A stretch of 44,948 nt of DNA. Origin: Candidatus Thorarchaeota archaeon. GTDB taxonomy: Archaea; Asgardarchaeota; Thorarchaeia; Thorarchaeales; Thorarchaeaceae. The DNA lies in assembly GCA_004524435.1 (NCBI GenBank), contig SDNO01000002.1:1-44948 (forward strand). The letters run 5' to 3'. A program made the translations under genes and the position numbers. Shown piece after piece: positions 18,565 to 27,729 of this stretch; positions within the stretch are counted from its first letter, which is position 1, and each line of letters starts with the position of its first letter. The notes under the pieces were generated by a model. The model was not told where the DNA came from. It worked only from the letters and a program-made list of their open reading frames with translations, and did no database searches.

Positions 18565-20013
18565 TCATCCCGTGAGTTGTATCTCCTCTACCCTCAGAAC
18601 TGCCTCTCGGAGGATGTTGGCCACTTTTCGAGTCAGTTCTCCGGTTTCCTGCAGAATCTCTAGGTTTTCTAGTCGCTCTTTCGTGATCAAGTCCTTGACC
18701 ATTTTGCGTGCAGATGTCCATGCTCGGGTCTCTGTTATCCACAGATATCCATCCCTCTCATAGGCATTAGGATGCTGAGCTTTGAACTGCTCTGCGGCAT
18801 TCTTCATACGGAGAGGCGGCCCTCGACGCGGATACTCCTTTTTCACAGACGGTCGCTCCAGCAGGAATCCGAGGGCGTATCTCGGTGTTTCGAAGTACAG
18901 CTCGAAGATACAGTCGCCGAATCGTTTCTCTCCAGTTCGTTCTCTTGAAATTCTTTCACTGATTCTGTTCGCCTGACTATACAGTTTATCCCTGAGGATG
19001 GTATAGTGCTCGGAGCCCACCGATTCGAATTCTATGCCTACGAAATGCTCCTGCAGTTCTGGGGGTAAGGGTGCTGTGCTTATGGGTTCTTCAATGAACA
19101 GACCAAAGACGGCGTCTGAGTCTTTGGAATGAGCGGCATCAAGCAATTCATGTACTCTGCTGATTGTCCAGTCAACGCTTCTTCTGGAGAAGCTCGAGGC
19201 GACATTCCTGTCAGTATCTACCGGGTCAATCACAAACACGTAGTCGTTCCGGAATTCTGGCGTGTTCTTCAACTGAGCGAGAGTTCTATCCCTTGGATCA
19301 AGAGGGTTCTCCCGTAGACATTGCATAGCTCTGACTGCCCCATCCAGTCCTTCTCCCCATATCACCATGAGTTCCAAGCAGTAACCGGTGAGTCCCATTC
19401 TACCTACTGCACATCTGTCCCCGTAGGCGTGACCCGCCCGTATGAATGATTTCAACAATCGTACATCTGCCCTGAGTCTATCATCAAGCCGCTTCGATAC
19501 GCATCGAGTATGATGGATGGTACGATCCACCGCAGTAATAGGTCCCTTTGCTTGAAGGTAGTCCGCAGGTAAGTCGAAGCAGGTAACAATGTCCGCTTCT
19601 AGACCTTCCATCATCAATGACAGATAGGGGTGCTGTGAGTAGGTCTTCTTGATGTTCTCTGCTCCAGTTGACTCAGCAGCTGGCCGAAACCAGTCATCTA
19701 CAAACCTTTCCAACTCAGCACTGAGTCTTCGGTCCCTCTTCTCGGGAGGTAGTTCCAAGACTGAATGAAAGCATTGAGGCTTCAGAGCAACAAAGAGGTC
19801 AATGTCTGCTGCGCCTCTTAGTTGCGTCTGTTTTCGCCCGGTTGAACCATGGGGCTCAATGAATGAGTACTCCACGTCAAGGGTTTCGGCTCTCTCTTCT
19901 AGGGCTGTGGTTAGACTCTCAATGATTCGTCTTTGTTTTGTAAGTTCATCCTCAGTTGGAGTGATCTCTGCTAGAATACGTTCTCGTAGTTCTTGGTCCA
20001 GTATATCACTCAA
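18565..20013 (-). CDS. cca: Archaeal CCA-adding enzyme (class I nucleotidyltransferase)
   Basis: 'GS...ADIDLF', 'YSQHPY', 'TAVDRT', 'VRLLKSF', 'GYCLEL', 'IDPVDTDRNVA', 'GPP'; TTG start 20013 preferred. Confidence 0.9.
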   Translation of the reverse strand: MSDILDQELRERILAEITPTEDELTKQRRIIESLTTALEERAETLDVEYSFIEPHGSTGRKQTQLRGAADIDLFVALKPQCFHSVLELPPEKRDRRLSAELERFVDDWFRPAAESTGAENIKKTYSQHPYLSLMMEGLEADIVTCFDLPADYLQAKGPITAVDRTIHHTRCVSKRLDDRLRADVRLLKSFIRAGHAYGDRCAVGRMGLTGYCLELMVIWGEGLDGAVRAMQCLRENPLDPRDRTLAQLKNTPEFRNDYVFVIDPVDTDRNVASSFSRRSVDWTISRVHELLDAAHSKDSDAVFGLFIEEPISTAPLPPELQEHFVGIEFESVGSEHYTILRDKLYSQANRISERISRERTGEKRFGDCIFELYFETPRYALGFLLERPSVKKEYPRRGPPLRMKNAAEQFKAQHPNAYERDGYLWITETRAWTSARKMVKDLITKERLENLEILQETGELTRKVANILREAVLRVEEIQLTG

Positions 20014-20138
20014 TCCATGGTACCCAGAAGATTGGTGTCCGATAATCGCTAATAACTTTCGGCTTCTTCTCCAGCTAGAGTTTATAGGAGCTTGCCCTCT
20101 CATATCCTCCCTGTATACAGTCTCATCGAGTGTTCGAT

Positions 20139-20633
20139 ATGGCTCCGTTAGTGCCGATTGTAATCACGATCCTCAAACATCAGGATGACTACCTCTTCAT
20201 CAAGCGACGAAAATCTCCATACGAAGGCCTTTGGAGCTTGGTTGGAGGAAAGATCGACTTGGGCGAGCATGTCAAGGAAGCGGCAGAGCGCGAAGTCCTC
20301 GAAGAAACCGGAACAGGTAATCTGACGGACTATAGATATCGTGGTCTTGTCTCTGAGCGTCTCGTTGATGATCGTGGCTCCCTCCAGGCGCACTTCCTCA
20401 TCTTCGTTAGTAGTGCAATAGTGTCGGACTATCATCAGGATTCCAGAGAGGGCGAACTCCGTACCTTCACTCGAAAAGACATTCTCTCGTCGAGGAAGGA
20501 TTTCCTCCCCTCCGATTGGTACATGTTCAAATCGTTCGAGCTGGATAATGAAGCAGGTGTACCCTACGAAGCGGAGCTTGTCCATGACGGTGCGGGCTAT
20601 CACCTGAACTACTATAGGAAGGCCTACGATTGA
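20139..20633 (+). CDS. NUDIX hydrolase
   Basis: Nudix box 'GGKIDLGEHVKEAAEREVLEETG'. Confidence 0.92.
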   Translation: MAPLVPIVITILKHQDDYLFIKRRKSPYEGLWSLVGGKIDLGEHVKEAAEREVLEETGTGNLTDYRYRGLVSERLVDDRGSLQAHFLIFVSSAIVSDYHQDSREGELRTFTRKDILSSRKDFLPSDWYMFKSFELDNEAGVPYEAELVHDGAGYHLNYYRKAYD

Positions 20634-21604
20634 TAGTCGGCGATGTTGAGATTCTCCCGCTAGCTGCAGAGACTATGGGAGTACGCTCCCTATGCACCGT
20701 AGTTGTAACACCAGATCTACGAATCTTGTTCGACCCATCTGCGGGACTTGCAAAGAGATACGGCCTTGAACCACACCCCTTGGAGTACAAAGCCCTTCAG
20801 AGCTGCCTAGAGAGAATCTTTGTTGAGGCCCGAAAAGCCGATGTACTCTCTATATCTCACTATCACTATGACCATGTCCGACCTGGCTTCACGAACTTCC
20901 GATACAATTTCAGCTCGCGAGAGGAACTGCAAAGGATGTTTGAAAACCGTCTGGTTCTTGCCAAGGACAACAGGGAGAACATCAATCCCTCGCAGCGCCG
21001 TAGAGGATACTACTTCGAAAAGGATGTTGAAGATGTCGTCACAGCCATAAAGTGGAGTGACGGAAAGCGATTCCGTTTCGAAGATACGATGCTGACATAT
21101 TCTCCTGCCCTGAGCCATGGCCCCAAATCGAGCCCTCTTGGATATGTTGTGGCGACCTGCGTCGAGTATGGTTCCATACGCATCGTATTCGCTCCTGATG
21201 TCCAAGGTCCCGTTGAACAAGAAACAACTGACGTACTACTCTCAATGAATCCCGACTTGATGATAGTGGGAGGGCCGCCTATCTACCTGCATGTGTTTAC
21301 CGACGAACATCGGGCAGCGGCCCGGGCATCGCTGTGTAGGTTAGCAGCAGTTGTTCCCATCTTGGCTGTGGACCACCACCTGCAACGATCCCCCTCATGG
21401 AGAAGATGGCTCTCTCCGGTTTACGGCTCTGCAGAAGAAAACGGAAATCAGGTGACCACTTTGGCTGCACTCGCTGGTAAAGATGTGCAGTGCTTGGAGG
21501 CCGAGCGTCAACTTCTGTATCAGACCCGCCCACCATCTGATGAGTTCAGAATCTGGACCGAAGCAACCGACGAATACAAAGACTCGCATATGCCTCCATT
21601 GTGA
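20630..21604 (+). CDS. Metallo-beta-lactamase fold hydrolase (UPF0282-like)
   Basis: 'AAETMGVRS', 'SHYHYDH', 'DVQGP', 'GGPP', 'DHH'. Confidence 0.85.
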   Translation: MIVGDVEILPLAAETMGVRSLCTVVVTPDLRILFDPSAGLAKRYGLEPHPLEYKALQSCLERIFVEARKADVLSISHYHYDHVRPGFTNFRYNFSSREELQRMFENRLVLAKDNRENINPSQRRRGYYFEKDVEDVVTAIKWSDGKRFRFEDTMLTYSPALSHGPKSSPLGYVVATCVEYGSIRIVFAPDVQGPVEQETTDVLLSMNPDLMIVGGPPIYLHVFTDEHRAAARASLCRLAAVVPILAVDHHLQRSPSWRRWLSPVYGSAEENGNQVTTLAALAGKDVQCLEAERQLLYQTRPPSDEFRIWTEATDEYKDSHMPPL

Positions 21605-21660
21605 GGATAGAGGAATACATCATAGACATGTTTTAGGGCAGAGTTTCTGTAGGACCTGGT

Positions 21661-21936
21661 ATGGAGTCATCTGAGAGTTCAACCATCGCTACATTCAGTG
21701 CGGAGACCATCCGCCATCTGATAGGTGGCATGGGGATTGAACTCCTCTCCCTCATTCAGCAAGGTTGTGTGAACGACTACGAACTCAAGCGCTATAGCTC
21801 GATCACCCAAGGCTGTCTCGATGTGAAGATTCCTTTGTTGAAGACTCTCAGCCTACTCACAGGCGATTCAGATGGCTATGAAATCACAGCACTGGGCGAA
21901 ACATTCTTGCAGAGGGTTCTTGGATGGGAAGACTGA
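21661..21936 (+). CDS. Small winged-helix-like protein
   Basis: C-terminal 'YEITALGETFL' wing motif. Confidence 0.55.
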   Translation: MESSESSTIATFSAETIRHLIGGMGIELLSLIQQGCVNDYELKRYSSITQGCLDVKIPLLKTLSLLTGDSDGYEITALGETFLQRVLGWED

Positions 21937-22352
21937 AGACGCTGACAAAAGGTAGGCTCACAGAAGTGAGGGATGGCCATCTACTTCTGGGATCATTCGC
22001 CTCAGACATGGACATTGACGATGGATCTTCTGTCTTAGTTATCGGAACGAAGAGTCGTTTCCTTCGTGTCATCGGGGTGGACCGAGACCTAGTAGTACTT
22101 ATTCGGGTGAGCTTCTCTCTGGAAGGGTTCACGGAATCCGCCAAGGAGGTCTTCTCAGAGATCAAGAGTCGATCGATAGCCATGGTTCATTCCACAGGGT
22201 TCTGCCCATTCGAGGATTCCTGTGTTTGGGAGGGGTATTTCAGTCCGGAGCCTAAGGACAATATTGAAGAGCTTGCTAGATGGATTGAAAAACGACCAAG
22301 TGTACTTGGTGTTGAGATCGAACGCCTAACCGGCGACTTCGGTGAGGCGTAG
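21924..22352 (+). CDS. Hypothetical protein, possible AbrB-like + ACT-like domains
   Basis: Beta-rich N-terminus then a beta-alpha-beta pattern with 'HSTGFC...CVWEGYF'. Confidence 0.5.
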   Translation: MGRLKTLTKGRLTEVRDGHLLLGSFASDMDIDDGSSVLVIGTKSRFLRVIGVDRDLVVLIRVSFSLEGFTESAKEVFSEIKSRSIAMVHSTGFCPFEDSCVWEGYFSPEPKDNIEELARWIEKRPSVLGVEIERLTGDFGEA

Positions 22353-22379
22353 CCACGATCATTCAAGAGGGATTGTGAA

Positions 22380-22937
22380 TTGGAGAGCTCAGAGCTGAAA
22401 TCAACACGGGCCATCCTTGACAGGTTCAAGAAGGCGACGGAAGAAGCTAGCGAGCTCCTTAGAAACCAGGAATACCAGCAGGCCATGGCTCTCTACTACG
22501 ATGCAAGTCGGTCGGCAGATGAGATGTGTGAGAGATTCATCAAACTGCTGATGAAGACGGCTCCGAGTAATGCGCACCGCATTCTTCTCGTCGAGGTCCT
22601 AAGCTGGAGACTGAGATACTACACCACCCAGTACGACTATCATCTGGCAGTGGCCCAGACGCTGAGCGGCCTACCACGCGAAGAGTGGATTGCTAGGCTC
22701 GAAACCATCCTTGTGCTTTCCCAGAGTCTTGTTGCCAAACTCCTACCGTTTCTAAAGGATGTGACAGATCCAGGAATCACGGGCCGCATCAGGCAGGTAT
22801 TGACTGACTGGGTCTCTGGTATTCATGATCTGGTGGCAAATCTCCGTGTCTGGGGAATCCCTAGTGCCCAAGCAGCTCAAGTACTAGAATGGGCCTTCGA
22901 CAATAGTATAGAAGCGCATCCCCTCGAAGACGAGTAG
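22380..22937 (+). CDS. Hypothetical all-helical protein
   Basis: 185-aa ORF with amphipathic helices; co-oriented with upstream genes. Confidence 0.65.
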   Translation: MESSELKSTRAILDRFKKATEEASELLRNQEYQQAMALYYDASRSADEMCERFIKLLMKTAPSNAHRILLVEVLSWRLRYYTTQYDYHLAVAQTLSGLPREEWIARLETILVLSQSLVAKLLPFLKDVTDPGITGRIRQVLTDWVSGIHDLVANLRVWGIPSAQAAQVLEWAFDNSIEAHPLEDE

Positions 22938-22960
22938 CATAACACATACAAGCCATTTCA

Positions 22961-23179
22961 CTAGGTTTCTTTGGCCTGAGCCTCTATGTAGGCGGATGCC
23001 ACTTCCGTGTCAGCCAGCTGATAGTGGCTATCCACATAACAGACAAGATAGTGATCGTTGTGTTTTATCACTATGGGAGTGGGGAACCTGTCGACGTCCT
23101 TGAGTACGTCAGATGGCACCTTCCAGTAGATCGTTTCCTTGCACACAGGACATTGCAACCATTTGAGTCCTTCAGACAT
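22961..23179 (-). CDS. Small putative zinc-binding protein
   Basis: 'CPVC...HNDH...YVD'; GGTG SD-like sequence upstream. Confidence 0.7.
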   Translation of the reverse strand: MSEGLKWLQCPVCKETIYWKVPSDVLKDVDRFPTPIVIKHNDHYLVCYVDSHYQLADTEVASAYIEAQAKET

Positions 23180-23356
23180 TTGGCACCACCTGTTGATAAG
23201 GACGCAGGCAAGTTGGCAGCTTGAGTAAACGTACTGAAAAAGATTTCTTACACAGGCCTCTGATACATTCTGAGGGTCTGGATGTCGTCAAAGGCGAGTA
23301 CTCAGCTGTCAAATGGTGCATATCTGTGGTCCAATACCGCGACATACAGTGGGTTT

Positions 23357-24190
23357 CTATTCGTCTTCTAGATCGACATCCCATGCCCCAGGATCCTCCA
23401 AGTCTGTGCTCAGTATAGGACGTTTTCTTCTTCTCACGTCCGATAGGTCGGTTCTGTCTGTGTCAATCACTAACTCCTCGGAGGTGCGGTCAAAGTATGC
23501 AGGGATCAGGCCCGTCTCAATACCTTTGAGTACAATCTCCCGGATCCTCTCAAACCCAAGCCCGGTGCTTTCTACGAGGCTAGATAGGGAAACAGCTAGC
23601 TCAGATTCCAGGGTTGTTCTGACGAATCCGATCAACACAAGCCTGAATATCTCCTTAATCTCGAAGTATTTCCGCCTGTCCACAACTCTCGCAACGGCCG
23701 CATCGATATAGCGGGCTGCATCGCCGAACTGGTATTCCGTCAACATGAGTGCAAGATTGATGAGCTCTTTTGCCCCGCCACGTATTGTTTCAGCGGCTGC
23801 GTGGATGAGCTGACGAGAGAGTTCCAGGTCGCCTCCGAGGATTGCAGAATAGGCACCGTCCAACAGCCGATTTGGGTTCTTCTCCTTCTCTGCTGCCAGA
23901 ATATGTGCCTCGGCCGCTATCTGATGATCGATCTCAAACTTATCATGTTCGCCAATCTTAATCCATGCGTTTCCTGCGTTCTTCATGATCTCTGCTGCCT
24001 TGGTATACTCTTGGGCCAACATGCCGTGTTCATATGCTCGCTCGTAGCAATCGGCAGTCTTCGCGAACGATTCCCATCTCTGCCAACACCGTCCCGCTTC
24101 AAGGAAGAGTTCAAAGGCTTCTTGGTTCATGCCTTCTGCTGCACGCTGATTGGCTGTTTCCTCCATCTCGCGGCAGTCACCGGTCTCCAT
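23357..24190 (-). CDS. SNAP/TPR-like helical repeat protein with C-terminal PCI-like winged helix
   Basis: 'ADCYERA', 'AAEIMKNAG' repeats; 'VSLSSLVESTGL...IREIVLKGIETGLIPAYFDRTSEELVI'. Confidence 0.65.
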   Translation of the reverse strand: METGDCREMEETANQRAAEGMNQEAFELFLEAGRCWQRWESFAKTADCYERAYEHGMLAQEYTKAAEIMKNAGNAWIKIGEHDKFEIDHQIAAEAHILAAEKEKNPNRLLDGAYSAILGGDLELSRQLIHAAAETIRGGAKELINLALMLTEYQFGDAARYIDAAVARVVDRRKYFEIKEIFRLVLIGFVRTTLESELAVSLSSLVESTGLGFERIREIVLKGIETGLIPAYFDRTSEELVIDTDRTDLSDVRRRKRPILSTDLEDPGAWDVDLEDE

Positions 24191-24263
24191 GGATTACTGG
24201 GCTCCCGATACTGCCTGCGGGACGGAGTGCAGGTATCTAAAGTTTTGCCACGAAATACTCTGG

Positions 24264-24944
24264 TTACCCTCTGACGACACCATCTTTCATTCGGAGAATC
24301 CGCTTGGCGTTCTTAACCAGGTCTTCATTGTGTGTGACTAAGACGACAGTCATGTCCTTCTCCTTGTTCAGTGCCGAGATGATCTTCATGATATTCTCGC
24401 CTGACTTCGAGTCCAGATTTCCAGTTGGTTCATCACAGAAGAGAACCGGCGGATGATTGACAAGGGCACGCGCGATGGCCACACGCTGCTGTTCTCCACC
24501 GCTCAGCTGTCTGGGGAAATGATCCCTTCTCTCCAGCATGTCGACCTCTCTCAGCACTTCCAGTGCCATGGACTCCTGCTTCTGTTTCGTAATCTCCTCA
24601 TTGGGCCACAAGACGGCCTGTATGTTCTCAAATGCCGTCAGATCCTCAATTAACAAGAAGGCCTGAAAGACGAAGCCAATCTTCTGTGCTCTGACCTTGG
24701 GGAGGTCTCTCTCGCTTATCAGCGTGACATCGACTCCGTCAAGAAGAACCCGTCCAGATGTGGGCGCCTCAAGACCGGACATGACATGCAAGAGGGTTGA
24801 CTTGCCGCAACCCGATGGCCCAACAACACCAACAAACTCTCCACGCCTGATCTCTAGATTGACATCCTTGAGCGCAGCGACGGTCTTTTTCCCTGATCCA
24901 TACTCTTTGTTGACCTCTTCCACTTGGATTATTGCGTTTGGCAC
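24264..24944 (-). CDS. ABC transporter ATP-binding protein (LolD type)
   Basis: GPSGCGKST, LSGGEQQR, FCDEPTGNLD. Confidence 0.95.
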   Translation of the reverse strand: MPNAIIQVEEVNKEYGSGKKTVAALKDVNLEIRRGEFVGVVGPSGCGKSTLLHVMSGLEAPTSGRVLLDGVDVTLISERDLPKVRAQKIGFVFQAFLLIEDLTAFENIQAVLWPNEEITKQKQESMALEVLREVDMLERRDHFPRQLSGGEQQRVAIARALVNHPPVLFCDEPTGNLDSKSGENIMKIISALNKEKDMTVVLVTHNEDLVKNAKRILRMKDGVVRG

Positions 24945-24947
24945 TTT

Positions 24948-25466
24948 CTATTCCTCCCTGAGAGCTCTCATTGGTGGTATCTTCATGGCACGATACTGTG
25001 CCAGTCCTAGGCCCGGTAGCTGCAACACAACCACTAGGAGCAGTGTGGTCAACATGGGGGCTACTGGAACTACAATCAGCCTCTGTATGTCCAAGAGGAA
25101 CGCGATATCTCCGAAGTATGCTATCAATCCTAGAACCTCGATGCTGAGTTGAAACACGACAAAGAACGCGGCCAGAGCGACGAGGACAACTTCTCCTATG
25201 AGGAGTATCATTATGTCTTGATTGCCCCATGACACGCACTTCAGTATCGCAATATCTCTCCTTCTGAACTGACTGATCAGAATGGCATAGATGGTTGAAA
25301 CAACGAAGGCCAGTATGATCCAGGGCCATTCAAGTCCTATAGGAGCTCCTGCAAGCTCCTTCCCAACTAGTACGTAGAGAATAGCATAGATTATGATGAA
25401 GGAGATGACTCTTCTCCTTGCTCTGAACGCGAATTTTACGCTCTTGAAGAATATTCTAAGATTCAC
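24948..25466 (-). CDS. Minimal FtsX-like ABC permease
   Basis: 'RRRDIAILKCVSW', C-terminal 'PMRALREE'; GTG start 25466 after GGAGG. Confidence 0.8.
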   Translation of the reverse strand: MNLRIFFKSVKFAFRARRRVISFIIIYAILYVLVGKELAGAPIGLEWPWIILAFVVSTIYAILISQFRRRDIAILKCVSWGNQDIMILLIGEVVLVALAAFFVVFQLSIEVLGLIAYFGDIAFLLDIQRLIVVPVAPMLTTLLLVVVLQLPGLGLAQYRAMKIPPMRALREE

Positions 25467-25746
25467 AGTATCGCATCCTCCTAAACATGATGTGATGGCT
25501 AGGATGCTCTTGTTTGCAGCATTAAAGTGTCTTGCGGGTGTCTGAAAGAAATTACTCCTGCCTCTCACTCTGGACCAGATGAGGCATCCCATCAACCCAG
25601 AGCTCTTTCATAAGCAGATCCCGAATGGCCACCCGTATAGCCTCACTTCTACTAGGATACATACCCTCTTCTACCAGCTTGTCTATTCCCTTCACGTAGA
25701 TTTCGCTCATCTTTACTGTGATCAGTCGCACTGTCTGGCCTCCCGG

Positions 25747-25770
25747 CTGGTACTACCCGGGTAATACCAG
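25747..25770. promoter_or_regulatory. Near-perfect 24-bp palindrome, candidate operator
   Basis: CTGGTACTACCCGGGTAATACCAG (one mismatched pair) in a divergent intergenic region. Confidence 0.5.
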
Positions 25771-25939
25771 ATATAACCTCTTTGTGGATATCTTCAGAAA
25801 TGGACCGCTGGGCGCGAAATGGAAGCTGCGAAAAAAGGCTAAATAGGTTCCATCAGACTCGTCCTTGTCCGTCGATTACTTCACCGTGGGCACGAACGAG
25901 TGAAGTGGTCAGACAATCAACGATCCTATCATTTGAGGC

Positions 25940-26479
25940 TTGACTGTGTCAGAAGCGTTTCAGTACATGCGGAAGGTTGTTATGATTGGCGCCGGGGGCA
26001 GTGGCAAGACCGCGCTTGTCAATCGGTTCCTGACACATAAGTTCTCAGAGCAGTACATAGTCACCATCGGAAGCCAATTCGCTGTCAAGACGGTCGCGGT
26101 CGATAGGGACAATGGGAGTAGTGTCACCGTGAAGCTTCTGGTCTGGGATCTGGCTGGTCAGCAGCGCTTCGACTTCATCCGGTCTAGCTACTATAAGGGA
26201 GCAAAAGGTGCTCTGCTTGTGTTTGACGTGACACGAAAGAACACCTACGATGTCCTTCCCAACTGGATTGAAGAAACAGAGAATGCCCTGGGCCAGCGAA
26301 TCCCCATCATCCTCCTGGCAAACAAGGTTGATCTGGTTGATGAACGAGTCATATCTTCTGACATGGCTCACCAATTTGTGGAGGAGAATGGACTCAACGG
26401 CTATCTCGAAACCAGTGCTCTCACGGGGCAGAATGTTGAGCACGCATTCTATCTACTTGCTAAGTCTAGCCTGAACTAG
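25940..26479 (+). CDS. Rab-like small GTPase
   Basis: GAGGSGKT, TIGSQF, WDLAGQ, YYKGA, LVFDVT, NKVD, ETSA. Confidence 0.92.
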   Translation: MTVSEAFQYMRKVVMIGAGGSGKTALVNRFLTHKFSEQYIVTIGSQFAVKTVAVDRDNGSSVTVKLLVWDLAGQQRFDFIRSSYYKGAKGALLVFDVTRKNTYDVLPNWIEETENALGQRIPIILLANKVDLVDERVISSDMAHQFVEENGLNGYLETSALTGQNVEHAFYLLAKSSLN

Positions 26480-26547
26480 CATGTGCTACCGAAACCGATT
26501 TCTATGATTCTTGAGCTCACCATCTACTAGAGAACACAGAAACAGAG

Positions 26548-27693
26548 ATGATTTTGATGGATTTTGAACTAGACATTAAGCTACTCGAAAAGCTCTGTAA
26601 CGCATTTGGTCCAAGCGGTCATGAGCATGAGGTCCAGAAGGTTGTCAAGGAATACGGAATGAGCTACGCTGATGAGGTCAGTCAAGATCGCATGGGTTCA
26701 GTAGTGTTTCAGAAGGGTAATTCCGGCCCGAAGATCATGCTGGCTGGACATGTCGATGAGATCGGGTTTGTTATCACAAAAGTTGAGAAGAACGGTTTCC
26801 TCCGATTCCACCAACTTGGTGGATGGTGGGACCAGGTTCTGCTTGGTCATGAGGTCATACTCAAGCCGTCAGAGGGAGACGGTTTCATCACGGGGATAAT
26901 CGGTGCCCCTCCCCCACACATTCTCTCTCAGGAGGACCGCAGCAAAGTGGTGACTAAAGACAAGATGTACATCGACATAGGTTGCCGTTCTGCTGATGAG
27001 GTGAAGGAGCTGGGTGTTCGTGTGGGTGACCCCGTTGTCCCCCATGCCAAGTTCAGGACGATGAAGCGGAAGTTCAAGGAGAAGAAGAAGAATGGCGCGG
27101 ATGATGAGAAGATAACCCGCGAGGTGACTGTCGCCGCCTCTAAGGCCTTCGACGATAGGATTGGTGTCTTCATCATACTCGAAGTACTTCGGAAACTTGC
27201 CGAGGACAAGGCAGAGCTTCCCAATACAGTCTACTGCGTTTCCACAACTCAGGAAGAGGTGGGTCTTCGAGGTGCGAGGACTGCAGCTCAAATGCTACTT
27301 CCAGATATTGGATTCGCTGTTGATGTAGATATATCCGGAGACGTGCCTGATACTGAGGAGATTGTCCAGAAGATGGGAAAGGGCGTGTCGATATCAGCCG
27401 GAGATGGGTCTATGATTCCTAATCCCCGATTCAGGAGGTTTATCCTCGATATTGCGGAAGAGCATGATATCCGCCATCAGGCTGCTTTCCTGAAGTCGGG
27501 AGGAACAGATGCAGGTATCATCCACATCACAGGCATGGGGGCTCCCTCGGTGTTTATTGGGATTCCAACCAGACATATACACTCCCATCATGGCATCCTT
27601 GATCTGAGTGATGTAGAGAACGCAGTAACGTTGCTAGTTGAGGTTATCAAACGTCTTGATGAGAAGACAGTCAAGAGCTTCACAGAAATCTAG
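26548..27693 (+). CDS. M42 family (TET) aminopeptidase
   Basis: GPSGHE, GHVDEIG, KAFDDR, QEEVGLRGA, GGTDAG, HIHS. Confidence 0.95.
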   Translation: MILMDFELDIKLLEKLCNAFGPSGHEHEVQKVVKEYGMSYADEVSQDRMGSVVFQKGNSGPKIMLAGHVDEIGFVITKVEKNGFLRFHQLGGWWDQVLLGHEVILKPSEGDGFITGIIGAPPPHILSQEDRSKVVTKDKMYIDIGCRSADEVKELGVRVGDPVVPHAKFRTMKRKFKEKKKNGADDEKITREVTVAASKAFDDRIGVFIILEVLRKLAEDKAELPNTVYCVSTTQEEVGLRGARTAAQMLLPDIGFAVDVDISGDVPDTEEIVQKMGKGVSISAGDGSMIPNPRFRRFILDIAEEHDIRHQAAFLKSGGTDAGIIHITGMGAPSVFIGIPTRHIHSHHGILDLSDVENAVTLLVEVIKRLDEKTVKSFTEI

Positions 27694-27729
27694 CAAGCAT
27701 AAAGATGCGGGCGGCTAGAGGTTCTCCCT

